Source: Styela clava
Lineage: Eukaryota
DNA length: 64,000 bases
Direction: 5' to 3'
NCBI RefSeq assembly: GCF_964204865.1
Contig: NC_135259.1
Coordinates: forward strand, 9,238,001 to 9,302,000
Position numbers and translations under genes: made by a program. Of the stretch, positions 53,294 through 64,000 are shown one piece after another; within the stretch, counting starts at the first letter, position 1, and each line of letters starts with the position of its first letter. Below the pieces are notes generated by a model. That model saw only the letters and a program-made list of their open reading frames with translations, ran no database searches and had not been told where the DNA came from.

Positions 53294-53740
53294 GGGTCTC
53301 GTGTAGTTTCGTACCTAACGTACTTCTAGTAGGTGTAGCATAACAATTTTCTGACATGCCAATTGCCAATCCTAACCCTCACCTGACTACGCCATCCAAA
53401 AATTACGTCACAACACGTCATAGAGCTTGCCAAATACTCGTACGATCGCCCGAAATAGCATCGGCGCCGACGATAAAGAACTGACTAACGTCAGCGATCT
53501 CTCTCCTATCGGGATCGTTGCGACGAGAAAACGAGAGAAATGGCTGCTCGATTTCGGGTTCTCGTCTGCGCGTCTTGGATGACAGTTCGCATAGTTTGAA
53601 GGGCTCTATTACGTCACTGTGACGTCGTAGTGACGTAATTTTTGGATGGTGGGGTCAGGTGGGGGTTATGATTGACATGTGAAGAAATTGTATAGCTACG
53701 CCTAGTAGAAGTACGTTAAGTACGAAACGACATGAGACCC
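53294..53740. mobile_element. 447-bp GG...CC MITE with long imperfect TIRs and 8-bp TSD
   Basis: gggtctc.tgt.gtttcgtac.taacgtacttcta / tagaagtacgttaagtacgaaacgacatgagaccc; TSD ctccatcc at 53286-53293 and 53741-53748; cctaaccc at 53371. Confidence 0.9.
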
Positions 53741-54538
53741 CTCCATCCTGCCATCTGATTCCAGGGGTTCGATTAAACCCGGGTCACTGGGTTCAGAAAC
53801 ACTGCTTCAAGTGCTTCCGATACAGCGATAGCAGGATACGGTAGGGAGCCATCATAAATCTGTAAATGGCAGTTTCATGGTACCGTAATCGAATGGCTGA
53901 ATGGGCCCTGCCAGATTGAGTTTTCGTAAGAAGTGAAAAACGTCCCAAGCAAATTAGGTATGCGGTCCTTGTTTTGATATCAAGGCAGATTGAGGAAAAT
54001 AGGAAAATATTTTAAAGAAATAATAATCCCCATATTAATTTCTTTGACAACTTGGACTTGCTGCAGTTCAGCAGTTGCAGATTTAGATAATTCAGTTATT
54101 TTTCACCCCATCTGCTCGTCTTTTTTGCTGTTTTTCATGAACAAATTGTGTTGATCTTTCATGGGAATGTAGATCAATAGATGTTAATGACCACAGAATG
54201 TAATGAAAGGCGAAAGCCTCTTGTTGAAATCGGGATGTAAGGTTCAATCATTTCCACCATAGTTCCGTAGTTCATTGTTTTGTTATAGTCTATCCTATTG
54301 CAGTATTGGATTGTCATAGAATCAGCCTTATTCATTCTCTTTTCACAAGATGGGATTGGTGGGGTACGGTAACTGTTTCATCAGACTGCAAGATAAGAAA
54401 AAAGCATTAACTTAAGTATTTTTCAGAGACTAATACTACAGGACTACAGGTTAAACCAAATGTACTACAGTACTAGTACGACTAACTGTGCCACCCTGTT
54501 CATAGGCAATACTATAATGTGATATAACAAATGTCAAT

Positions 54539-57500
54539 ATGGGGAATGGATCATCAAAATTACCATGGCGTCGGGACAATGCAAAAAAGACCATGAAAGT
54601 CAAAGCTACCCATAGATCCAATAGCATGTCCGGTGCTGTAGATTCAGACAGAAGAGGATCAGGGATGCAAAGAGTATGTATACGTTTATACTCTAGTTTG
54701 GTCTAGTCCTTCCTCCTTTAACTTATCATTCAAGTTTTTTGTATATATCATATATGTGATAATAGAATTACGGTTAAGTATTACTGTTTTACAAATTCAA
54801 TTTAGTTCAATGTTTTATCAGAGCAAAGTTGGCCATGTGTGCAGTTTTTATCAATGCTGACAATTGTGCTTGTCTGAAGAAAGAGTCTAGAATGAACTTT
54901 TATTTCACTATTTTAGCATATACATTAATATATGCAAGTTACATATAATACATTGTTTTTCATTGTTCTTACCAATCTTGCACGCTCCAATCAAATCACA
55001 CAGTACTACAGAGTTTTGGCTTTAGCCAATCGAAAATCTACAAATTTGGATTATGGGGGAATTTCAATGTGAGACTTTAGAACCATTATTAAAGAATTCA
55101 TAAATCAATCATTTTTTTCTATGTTTTGTGAATTTGGCACCATTCTAATATTAGTCAGAAAACTCAGTTTTGCTAGGTTGTAAATATCATCATAAGAATT
55201 GACGTTAGGCATTGAACAAATTTGTAATTGTATTCATCATCTCAAGATTTCAAAAATTTTCACCAATACCATTTTGTTGGGATTCATATATAAATTTCTA
55301 ATCTTTAACTGAGGCCACTTTTATCATTTTATGTCAATAATAATGGATCTATTGCGTAGGTTGTAAAATGTTGTTTACTTTGGAGTATTATGACAACCAG
55401 GTATCTTTTTGTCCAGCCAACTTTTATATGCGTGTGGTTTCATATTCTTTATGGATCAGCAATAAGCCAGCATCAATGTATTTATTGAATATGATCAAAC
55501 CTAAACTTGTTATACAAATATTGGTTCATGATAAATTTCATTTGTTTAAATATGAAAAATCAAGCATGATTACTGATGATTCTTATCGCTAGGAAGTAAT
55601 CTATTTAGGTCCATGTTTGGGAGTTTCATTATTCAACCACCCATTTTTGTTGTCAGTCCCTGTACTTGTACTGCTATGCTAAGTAATTTATATTAATTGA
55701 TGTTTCTATTCTATTCCAAACAGACGTGAAATATCCTATTGTTAGTAGAGGAAATAACCATACACGCCTTATTCAAACTTAATATAAATTTTCTTTTGTT
55801 AAAAGGGGATATTTCACCCATCCGCCGTTTCATCTAATTATTTGTATCTTGCCCTCTTGTATTAAAGGTTGCACACCCCTGGTGCAGCAGGGCACACTAA
55901 TTATATTTTTGTGAATAATATTCCTACTATTATATATTACTGATTGAAGCTTTTTTATCATCATTGTAACTAGCCATAATTTGAGCGATTATTTTCGTTT
56001 CTCATTTCAATTGCACTTATTTACCATGCACAGTGCTGTATTGGCAAATTATTTTATTTATTCTTCATTCTTAGAGGTGACTTGACCAAATTCTATGCTA
56101 CGCTATGATTTTGTGTTGTAATTTCATTTTTTTTTTAAATAATTCTAATATTTGTTTTCAGGCCATGACAGATGGTGCTCTCCAGGTCAATTTTAAAGAG
56201 AGTTCATTTCTTGAATCTGTGGATCAAAAATTGAATGGAATATCATTTGATTTAAAAATAAATGACCTCAATGGTAACGCAATGTCCAATGCAAGCAATA
56301 ATACAGATGGAAGCGGTTTGACTCTCCTCCCTACTGTGCAACGAAAAAATTCTGATATCAAGGTTTCTAAATACAGAGATACAATTTCTGATTTAGAATT
56401 GTACAATCTTATTATTGCTGAAACATGGCAAGGCCACCCTCAGATTCATGATACTGGATACTTGCTCTTGCTAGATTGCAGGTAACTTCCTAATTTAAAT
56501 TATGGTTATAATTAGAGGTAGGCACTTAGTATATTTATCAAAAATTCGTTACGTACATGTTGAGGCGAAAGGCTTTATTAATAGAGTTTATATGACCATT
56601 CGCTCCAGCCGATTTAAATTAAAAACATATTTACCTATCTTTGATTAGAAATTTTATTCGAATTTGTAAATCAATAACCACTAGAAATTAATGACTATTT
56701 TTTGGGGAATATAAATAGATCAGGAAATATTTTCACATTTCGAATATAGCATATAAGACAACTAAAGGTCTTAATTTCCAATCATAATGTTTTCTTTCTA
56801 TTCATCTTATTCTCATGTTGTTGAAAATGTAACCTCTGTACTACATTTCTGTATAGCCTTCCTTTTTATTTTTGACTACTTGTCAAAATAATCTTCTTCA
56901 AATTCATACACTGCCAGATTGAACAATATATCAATGGTAAATTGAAATTTTTGTAGGGAAAAATCTGAGTACGAAGCTGCACATATCATCACGAGTCGCC
57001 ATCATTCAGCTTTGTATTCAGAATATGGACTACTCATGCCAAGTCAACTCAAGCTTTTTCAGATTATTATTTTGTGAGTACATGAGCGACATGCCATCTT
57101 CATTTCACTCATATTTGTACAGGAAATTGATCAATCTAGAAATAAAATGTCAATTTCTGACTGAATATTTTGTATTTTTTTTAATTATACTCAATTAGCA
57201 TGCTGGAATGTTATAAATGAATTAAAACTCTTATAAAAAAAAAAAAATTTTTTGAATGTAAATAGGGTGCAACTAAGTTATTATATTATAAATCATTATT
57301 GTGATTAATTACAACATAACAATAGATTACTAAATAATGTTTTTATAGTTGTTTATTTAACTCGTATTTATCAACTTTGTATGGTATTTGAATTCATTTT
57401 ATTCTATAACTCCATTTTCGATTTTTTTTTGAAGTATTCAACCCTTCTGTATGCATCATACTTTTCAAAGTTTCAATGAAATGTTTTAAAATAATCAGGT

Positions 57501-59292
57501 ACAGCAATTCATCTTTCTGCAAAAATATTCTGGAGATAAGTAAGAAATTATCAGAAGACGAAGTTGAACATTTTCTTCTACAAAGCGGTTCATCACAATT
57601 TTTTGAAAAATATCCATTTTTATCTACTCAAGGACATTATTTAACCAGTGATATGAGAAACACATTACAGGTATATAGGTTTTTATCAAAACAGATAACA
57701 AAACATTCCATAGTCAGATATTTTATCAATTCTTCATTGGTTTATAAACATATTCGAATTCTGTATTGTATTTTCTTTTTCTTTCGATAGTTTTTGTCGC
57801 TGTTTTTAATGATGGCTAATAATATTGAAAATTTGATTCTCCTATATTAAGATATATTCGAGTCTGTATTGTTATTGTTTTGTAACGAATTACCCTTCTG
57901 TTTTAGGCAAATCCATAGTTTCATAATTGTACATATCCCAAATAGTATAGCTCAGGGTGGTCCAAGGTTGCAAGATTGAAGGGCTGTATTGACAAGTACC
58001 GATAACGACCTCTCAAATCGATCACAGGACGTCATTCCCATAGGCCTTGTTTTGACAGTTTCAATTACAACCTTGAAATTTCGTGATTTTAGCAAATATC
58101 ATTCTCGACATTGGTATTAGGAGAAGGGTTTGAATCTCGTAACCCAACTCCAGCACGGGACGTGTTGCGGCCCGCATGCTAGGGTTCGGACCACCTTGGT
58201 ATAGCTGGTAACATGCTGGTTGAGTGAAACATGGTCGTTGCTATATATCTGTAAAATTAAATTTGTACGCTTTGTTTAATAAATACCATTCGGTTCAGAC
58301 CATGCCATCAGAAATTCTACCAGGACGATTATACCAGGGTAATGCAAAACATGCATTGGATTCATACATCATAACATCGCTAGGTAATTATCGAAGTTTT
58401 AATCATGTTACTCTTAATTTTAAAATATCCAAGTGGATCTATTTTGCAGCAGAATTTTGGTAAATAACGAACAATCACAAAATTTAGCATAAATCATGTT
58501 TTACATATAACATTGGTTAATTTCACAGAAGAGAAAAAATATTATCTACCTCAATCTTTTGAAGCTCAGAATAGAACCTATTTTGGTTTTGGTTTTCTGG
58601 ACTTCTCTATTCAGTTTAGTCTAGGTATAAATATTTTTGATCGAAAGTAGGTACTTCATTGAAATAGACCCATTTTTTCATCAAGATCCATGGATATTGA
58701 ATAAGTTGACCAAATGAAAGAATTGAATCAGCTGTAAATCAATGTTTGTATACTAGTTGGCTTCAGAATGAATGCTTGCATTGCCTTCTTTAAATGAGTC
58801 TGTCATATACCTTCTATTTCAGGTATCTCACATATTGTTAATGTCACTCTGGAACATCCAAACAGATTTGAAGATACTGTAAAATACTTGCGGATTCAAC
58901 TTGATGATCGACCTCAAGTTGACCTTCACGCTTGGTTGCCAAGAACCAGTGAATTTGTGCAGTCAGCTATTGGTAGAGTGAGTATTAAAAGTCAAACAAC
59001 TGAAAAACATGAAAATGGAAAAGACTCCGGTGACAATCGAACTCCTGGTGATGTGAGCAGTAAAAAAGAAGTAGTACTTGTTCACTGTAATTTAGGTAGA
59101 AGCCGCAGTTCCACTGTAGTTTTAGGATATCTGATGCAAGCGTGTAGGATGACTCTGAAAGATGCAAGTCGATTACTAAAAGACTGCAGACCAACTGTCC
59201 GCCCTAACATCGGTTTTCTTGAACAGTTACTGCAATATGAAAAAGAGGTGTTTGGTAAAAATGTATCTGATTTGAATGATCTGCCTTTTTAG
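54539..59292 (+). CDS. STYXL1: Rhodanese (CH2) + dual-specificity phosphatase protein, MK-STYX/STYXL1-like but with an intact catalytic motif, ~432 aa, 6 exons
   Basis: Phase-consistent exons 54539-54673, 56162-56481, 56957-57073, 57499-57670, 58299-58383, 58823-59292. Rhodanese part ELYNLI..DTGYLLLLDCREKSEYEAAHIIT..KYPFLSTQ; DSP part PSEILPGRLYQG, ISHIVNVT, IQLDDRP, VLVHCNLGRSRS, GYLM, RPTVRPNIGFLEQLLQYEK. The symbol marks family resemblance; orthology is unproven and exon 1 is the least certain. Confidence 0.88.
57953..58198. mobile_element. hAT-type MITE with perfect 8-bp TSD in a phosphatase intron
   Basis: TIR cagggtggtcc / ggaccaccttg; TSD gtatagct at 57945-57952 and 58199-58206. Confidence 0.9.
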
Positions 59293-60590
59293 GTTATAAG
59301 TACAGTTCATTTATGCTTCTGTTTAAAAACCTTAATAAAATTTCATAACTGAAAAAAAAATTTCCGCTCAAATTTATATAATTTGTACAGCATACGCGCA
59401 TTCTTGGTTTCACCACAAACATTGGTACCACAAAGGCCTTCCTGGTCTCCCTGATATGCTAAATTTTTGTTCTAATCAAAACTGAAAGAAATAACTGGTC
59501 ATTCTTCAGAATTTTGAATCCATAAATCGAAGCTCAAAAATTTCATGTTCAAACTAAGGATTTTAAATAGCAGATACATTGTGTCAAATACTACATAGTT
59601 GGACTTGGACACACTCCATTGTAACAATATTTTTTATACCAATGCATAATGCGCACTCCTTTTTCGGAAGACTAAATTTGACATTGGAAATTTGTATTAT
59701 ACATGGAGAAATACTCATTTTGAATCAGAAATTTTTCACTCATGCATACATAATATGTCCACGTTTTCAACAATTTTTTTTATATTCATATCAGTAGTAT
59801 CACTGTTAGCAATGTTTTTATTTGTTACTGTTTTGTTTTTTTCACTTTAGTTCCATTTGCACATGCAGTAATTTTTTTTTATTCTTCAAAGAATATCACT
59901 TTATATACTTAGTGGACTTACTAGTGATCTTTATATATAGCAATATGTCTGTTGGTACGTTTTTTTATTTCCACCCATAATATCTTGGTCAATTTACATT
60001 TCAAAGTTTCGTCAGTAATGTGTCAACTCTATAAATAGCGTTTTGTTGATACATTCGGTATTTAATTTTAACCAATCCTTTTTCTTTTCCAAAATTTTTT
60101 CCCATCTGGTCTGCAATCTTTCCTTCCATGTTATTTCTTTAATCTGCTTGTGTTCTGTTTTTGGCTCAAGTTGTTTTGTGCAATTATTCAGTAACATAAA
60201 TATTACGTTAGACTCGTGTATGTCATTCCAAAATGCTGAAGCACTAATACTAAATAATCTGATTTTAGACTAGGTTATCACAGTAATCAATTTTTATGTT
60301 AATTTAAATTGCTTGGTGTTAATTTAGATTATGTTTCTAGAAATTGGAAGTAAACTCTAAAATTAAATAGCATGGTAGTACATTTTTAGTACATATGTGA
60401 TGGAAAGATGATAAGATGCCATAATAAAGCAGTAAATAGTACATACAAGTGTTTCTTTGCCAGTATGGATATGACAAAAAAACATTTGTTTCAACTAGCT
60501 ATAATGCAAAATGTACAATTCATGCCAAGTAGATTTAATTATTCAACAGAAAAACACGAAAAATCAGTTCTGGTATTTAAATTAGTATTT

Positions 60591-60839
60591 TTATTGTGAT
60601 TTTGCCGCTTTAAGAAGATCTTTGCCCTTGCTGATAAACCCATCATTGCATGACATATGAAACATCAGTTCAGCTTTAACGAGATTAAAGTTTAGTTTGT
60701 TTTTACTGTTGGTCCAAAGCGCATTCATATTACTAAACACTCTTCCACAATTAGCGTTTGACACTGGAATTGACAGGACAAATGACACAAGACGTAAGAG
60801 TTGTGTATCGCCTGGCTGCCGTGTAAAAAAGAACTTCAC
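60591..60839 (-). pseudogene. hAT transposase C-terminal dimerisation (hATC) relic
   Basis: LVSFVLSIPVSNANCGRVFSNMNALWTNSKNKL matches the hATC consensus LxIPxSNAxxERxFS. Confidence 0.75.
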
Positions 60840-61169
60840 CCATATATTTGAACGTTAAGCGTAAAATTTCAGTGCGAACCTTTTTCATCGCACATCTTCT
60901 CACAATTTACCGCAGTGAAAACTTAAGCCTGACCATTCAATGTCATTTTTAAAAGCAAGTGGGGTTATGAAAAACGAATGGTCATAATCGTACCATTTGT
61001 GTAAGTATGACAAACCACGTTGAAAGTTAGCCCAGCCCGGGACACTGGAAGCCAAACGTCAATTCCGGGACGGTTGGTAGCACTATCCTTGAGGCGTCGA
61101 CGCGCTCGGGGGTTCGAGCACCGAATTTCCGTATTTTCACTAGAATTTCTTGGTCGACTAGCCAAAGAG

Positions 61170-62340
61170 GTACCTCACGGAAAGAAGGATAAATCAGAAA
61201 TATTTTACATACTAAACTTTTGAAATGATAGGCCTCTGATGTTTCCAAGTGTTTGGGTATTTGACAAACCAAACTTATCTTTTTAGTGTGTGCATTGATG
61301 GTGCTCCAGCCATGCTTGATTCTAACTCTTTATTGGCTCCCCTGGCAAAGCAGAAAATACGCAAATCCAGGTAACGCATGGCATGATTTGGAAAAACGGC
61401 ACTGGTATTTGAAACCACCTGGAAGAGACTTCACTGGCATTGGTCTATCGCAGTGTTTTTCAACCGGGGTGCCGCGGCACACCGGTGTGCCGTTAAATAT
61501 TGTCAGGGGTGCCGTGGGAAATTCTCCAAGTTGTGTGTCTATGCGGTGTAGCGTCCGGCAGAGTAATCGTGTGGTACTGTTCTATATCAGACCGTGGCAG
61601 CATCTGGTGGCAATTTTTGTATTTGATTACTATTCAAGATGTCCAATTCAACATCTTTCTTCAATGTTAAAAATCTTATATTTACAATATAACACTTATA
61701 TTGTGAATATTAGGTATTTTTGCCATATTTTCAGCTGGTGGTGTGCCGCGGGATTTTCTCACTTAAAAAAATGTGCCTTGGCTCGAAAAAGGTTGAAAAA
61801 CACTGGTCTATCGTGATAAAAGTCCTTAAATATTTAAAAAGCTTAGCGCTCAAAACTCACCTCTGCGGAAAGATTTGACAAGATATGGATGATGATCATA
61901 ATGCACTTCTATATTACGATCGAGTTGGTCGGCTATCAAATGGAACGTGCTCTTCTGTTTTTCGAATAAGGCGATGAAGTAGCCTAATGTTGGATTTGAT
62001 TGTTCAAAACTTGTTCTATTGTCAACATTTGGCGGAAACAGATATTCGTGGTTCTCATCTTGTTGGCATATTTGAATATTACATTAACTAAACATAAAAA
62101 TGCAAATAGCAAACATAAAGTACCATAATTGTTCACACTGATGCCATAAAGCTCATGATAGGGAGACAATTTATTGTTTCGCCGCTTGGTGGAAATAATT
62201 GGAGGATGTTCCTGAAACAATTCAAGAAGAATTTATAGCATCAACAAAACTTATGCAAAGGATGAATTTAATACCTGGGTTAAAATGCAATCACATATAT
62301 ATCAGAATACATGCTCTGAATATTCAGATTCCGTTTTCTT
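61170..62340 (+). pseudogene. Highly decayed Charlie/Buster-type hAT transposase
   Basis: Fragments VCIDGAPAML (~61286), VIKVLKY..ALKTHL (~61813) and DDHNALLYYDRVGRLSNG (~61891) recall DGAPAMxG and HxxLLxHxxVRWLSxG; interrupted by the MITE at 61451-61805. Confidence 0.65.
61451..61805. mobile_element. hAT-type MITE with perfect 8-bp TSD
   Basis: TIR cagtgtttttcaacc / ggttgaaaaacactg; TSD gtctatcg at 61443-61450 and 61806-61813. Confidence 0.95.
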
Positions 62341-63059
62341 CGGTTTCGTCACGGATAATCTACTACTTCACTAGACATTAAACAGCAAGTCAATCGAACA
62401 ATTCGTTTTTTATTAGTCATTCAGGAAAACCACAATAAAATTGAAGCAAGAGAGATCACGAACTATTTGTATATATATATTAATGCCGGATGAACAGGAT
62501 AACCGCCAGATGACCATTTGGTCTACTTGTCAGCGGCAACCTTAAAATAGCTTAAAGGAAATACAGATAGTAGCCTATTATATATTATTTATCTGTGTTA
62601 ATTGTGTTCATTTTAGACAACCCTACCCTTTAGAAATGGAATATCATAAAATATGTTGAAACCCACGATGACGTAGGCGCTACTCGTCAGTCGTCACACA
62701 TGAAGCACAATAATGGCCAGTAAGAATTAACATCAGACCCTCAAAGGGTTTTTAGCACACAGTACGGTACCACGCTTTATATTTTTAAAATGTTGTAATG
62801 TAATTAGTTAGAATAGGGAAAATACGTTGAACATCGTTTTCACATCCAAACTTTATAATTTATTAGGCATTTATTTATTTGCTATTTGTATTTATACGAT
62901 GTCAAGTGGATAGGAGGAAAAAGTAGAGAAAAAAAACATAAAATTAAGGATTCCCTAAAATATAAAAGAAAATTTCCTATTTTTATGTTCCAAATATCTA
63001 AACTGTAAATTAGACAGCTCGTAGAGCTACATAAGTATGATGTACCGCGATTTATATAT

Positions 63060-64000
63060 AGTGCGGCGGGGGAGGATGGCCCCCCTTATTATTTATATTT
63101 TGAAAATTATCTATATTTCGATAACCTTTCTTTGAATATTCCCAAAACTTAGCCAGTACATACATAAAGGGCTAAACTCTATATCCACATGGCGGCGTCC
63201 GCCAGTCGCCAACCATTGCAACAGCACAAACGTTTTTATGCAAAAAAAATGAGGGGAAGTTAAACATATGGTCGGATATGACGGACATGTGATAAAATCG
63301 CATCAAAATACTAAAAATGCTTTCCGTTTCTCAGCAGAATATCAAAATAAACAATGTATTAGAATTTTTTTGGCCAATTCGAAAATTTCCCCTATGTCCA
63401 TCTTACCCCACAAATTTTTGAAGTTGTGAAGTTTATTTTCTTTTTTCCTCCTAGAAGCTGCAACTTTCTTAGACGAGCTAGATGAAATTATTTCTACAAG
63501 CGCTGTAGCTTTCTTTGACAAGCTAGATGGCATTGTTTTTGCGAGAGCTGACAGTTCGGCTACATATTTCTCACTAGTTAATACTCTAACTCCCGTCTGA
63601 ATGGCTTTCTTCCTTCGCTTCTTGGCTCTCTGAGTGGCCACTGGAAGAGGAAAAATATCTTCAAATGATTCATCTGATAAACTGGTGCTATCAGGTTCTT
63701 TGCTATTTTCTTGCCTCAAAGAATCACAAATTTTCTCGGAAGCTAACTGAACTCCTGATGAAGTTCTACTTGACTTCGGTAGAGAGCAGCATGGTTCACC
63801 AGTGACACTTTCTACCTGTGTCGTGGTGTTAACTTCATGAGATGGTATGTCGTAATCTCTATTTGTTATATTATCTGACTCACCAGATCTCACTATTGCT
63901 GGCGCAAATGCATGCTCTGGAATTTGCTCAATATCAAGTGGATACAGACCAGTAACACAGAAAGATGTTACTGCGTTGCCGACTGTGTCAACTTTGTAAT
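63060..64000 (-). mobile_element. 3' end of a pogo-like (DDE_1) transposon, running off the window
   Basis: Open frame from the window edge: YKVDTVGNAVTSFCVTGLYPLDIEQIPEHAFAP (typical post-DDE motif) then a basic KKRRKK..RVLTSE segment, stop at 63342; TIR-like agtgcggcgggggaggatggcccc next to TA at ~63058-63085. Confidence 0.7.

Noticed and set aside
58972-59065. Cryptic intron explaining the ~30-aa insert before the catalytic loop
   Set aside because: The candidate GT/AG pairs give stops or frameshifts, while the unspliced frame is open.
61286-61816. 176-aa ORF as a gene
   Set aside because: Chance read-through across a MITE inserted in a decayed transposase.

Overview
AT-rich, intron-containing eukaryotic (invertebrate animal, possibly tunicate; taxon is inference only) genomic DNA. 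Splicing GT-AG exons by eye with phase checks gives five multi-exon genes and one single-exon gene. (1) Minus strand, 213-10705: a ~916-aa protein with two CABIT-like domains, a THEMIS-type PPPRPPK motif and a tyrosine-motif-rich tail. (2) Plus strand, 14678-16633: a divergent secreted lipocalin. (3) Minus strand, 17415-22446: an MFSD4/NaGLT1-type MFS transporter. (4) Minus strand, 25493-28969: a secreted protease inhibitor with 4 TIL domains and 1 Kazal domain, built by a 610-bp exon+intron triplication and followed by a pseudogenised tandem paralogue. (5) Plus strand, 42461-43315: an intronless class I SAM methyltransferase. (6) Plus strand, 54539-59292: a rhodanese+DUSP protein resembling the pseudophosphatase MK-STYX/STYXL1 but with an intact HCxxGxSR catalytic motif and an N-myristoylation signal. 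The remainder is rich in DNA transposons: hAT transposase relics, hAT MITEs with 8-bp TSDs, Tc1/mariner and pogo-type elements, a Helentron/HINE-like element, and several GG...CC-ended MITEs carrying a CCTAACCC motif. No rRNA, tRNA or CRISPR was seen. All gene models are manual and lack transcript support.
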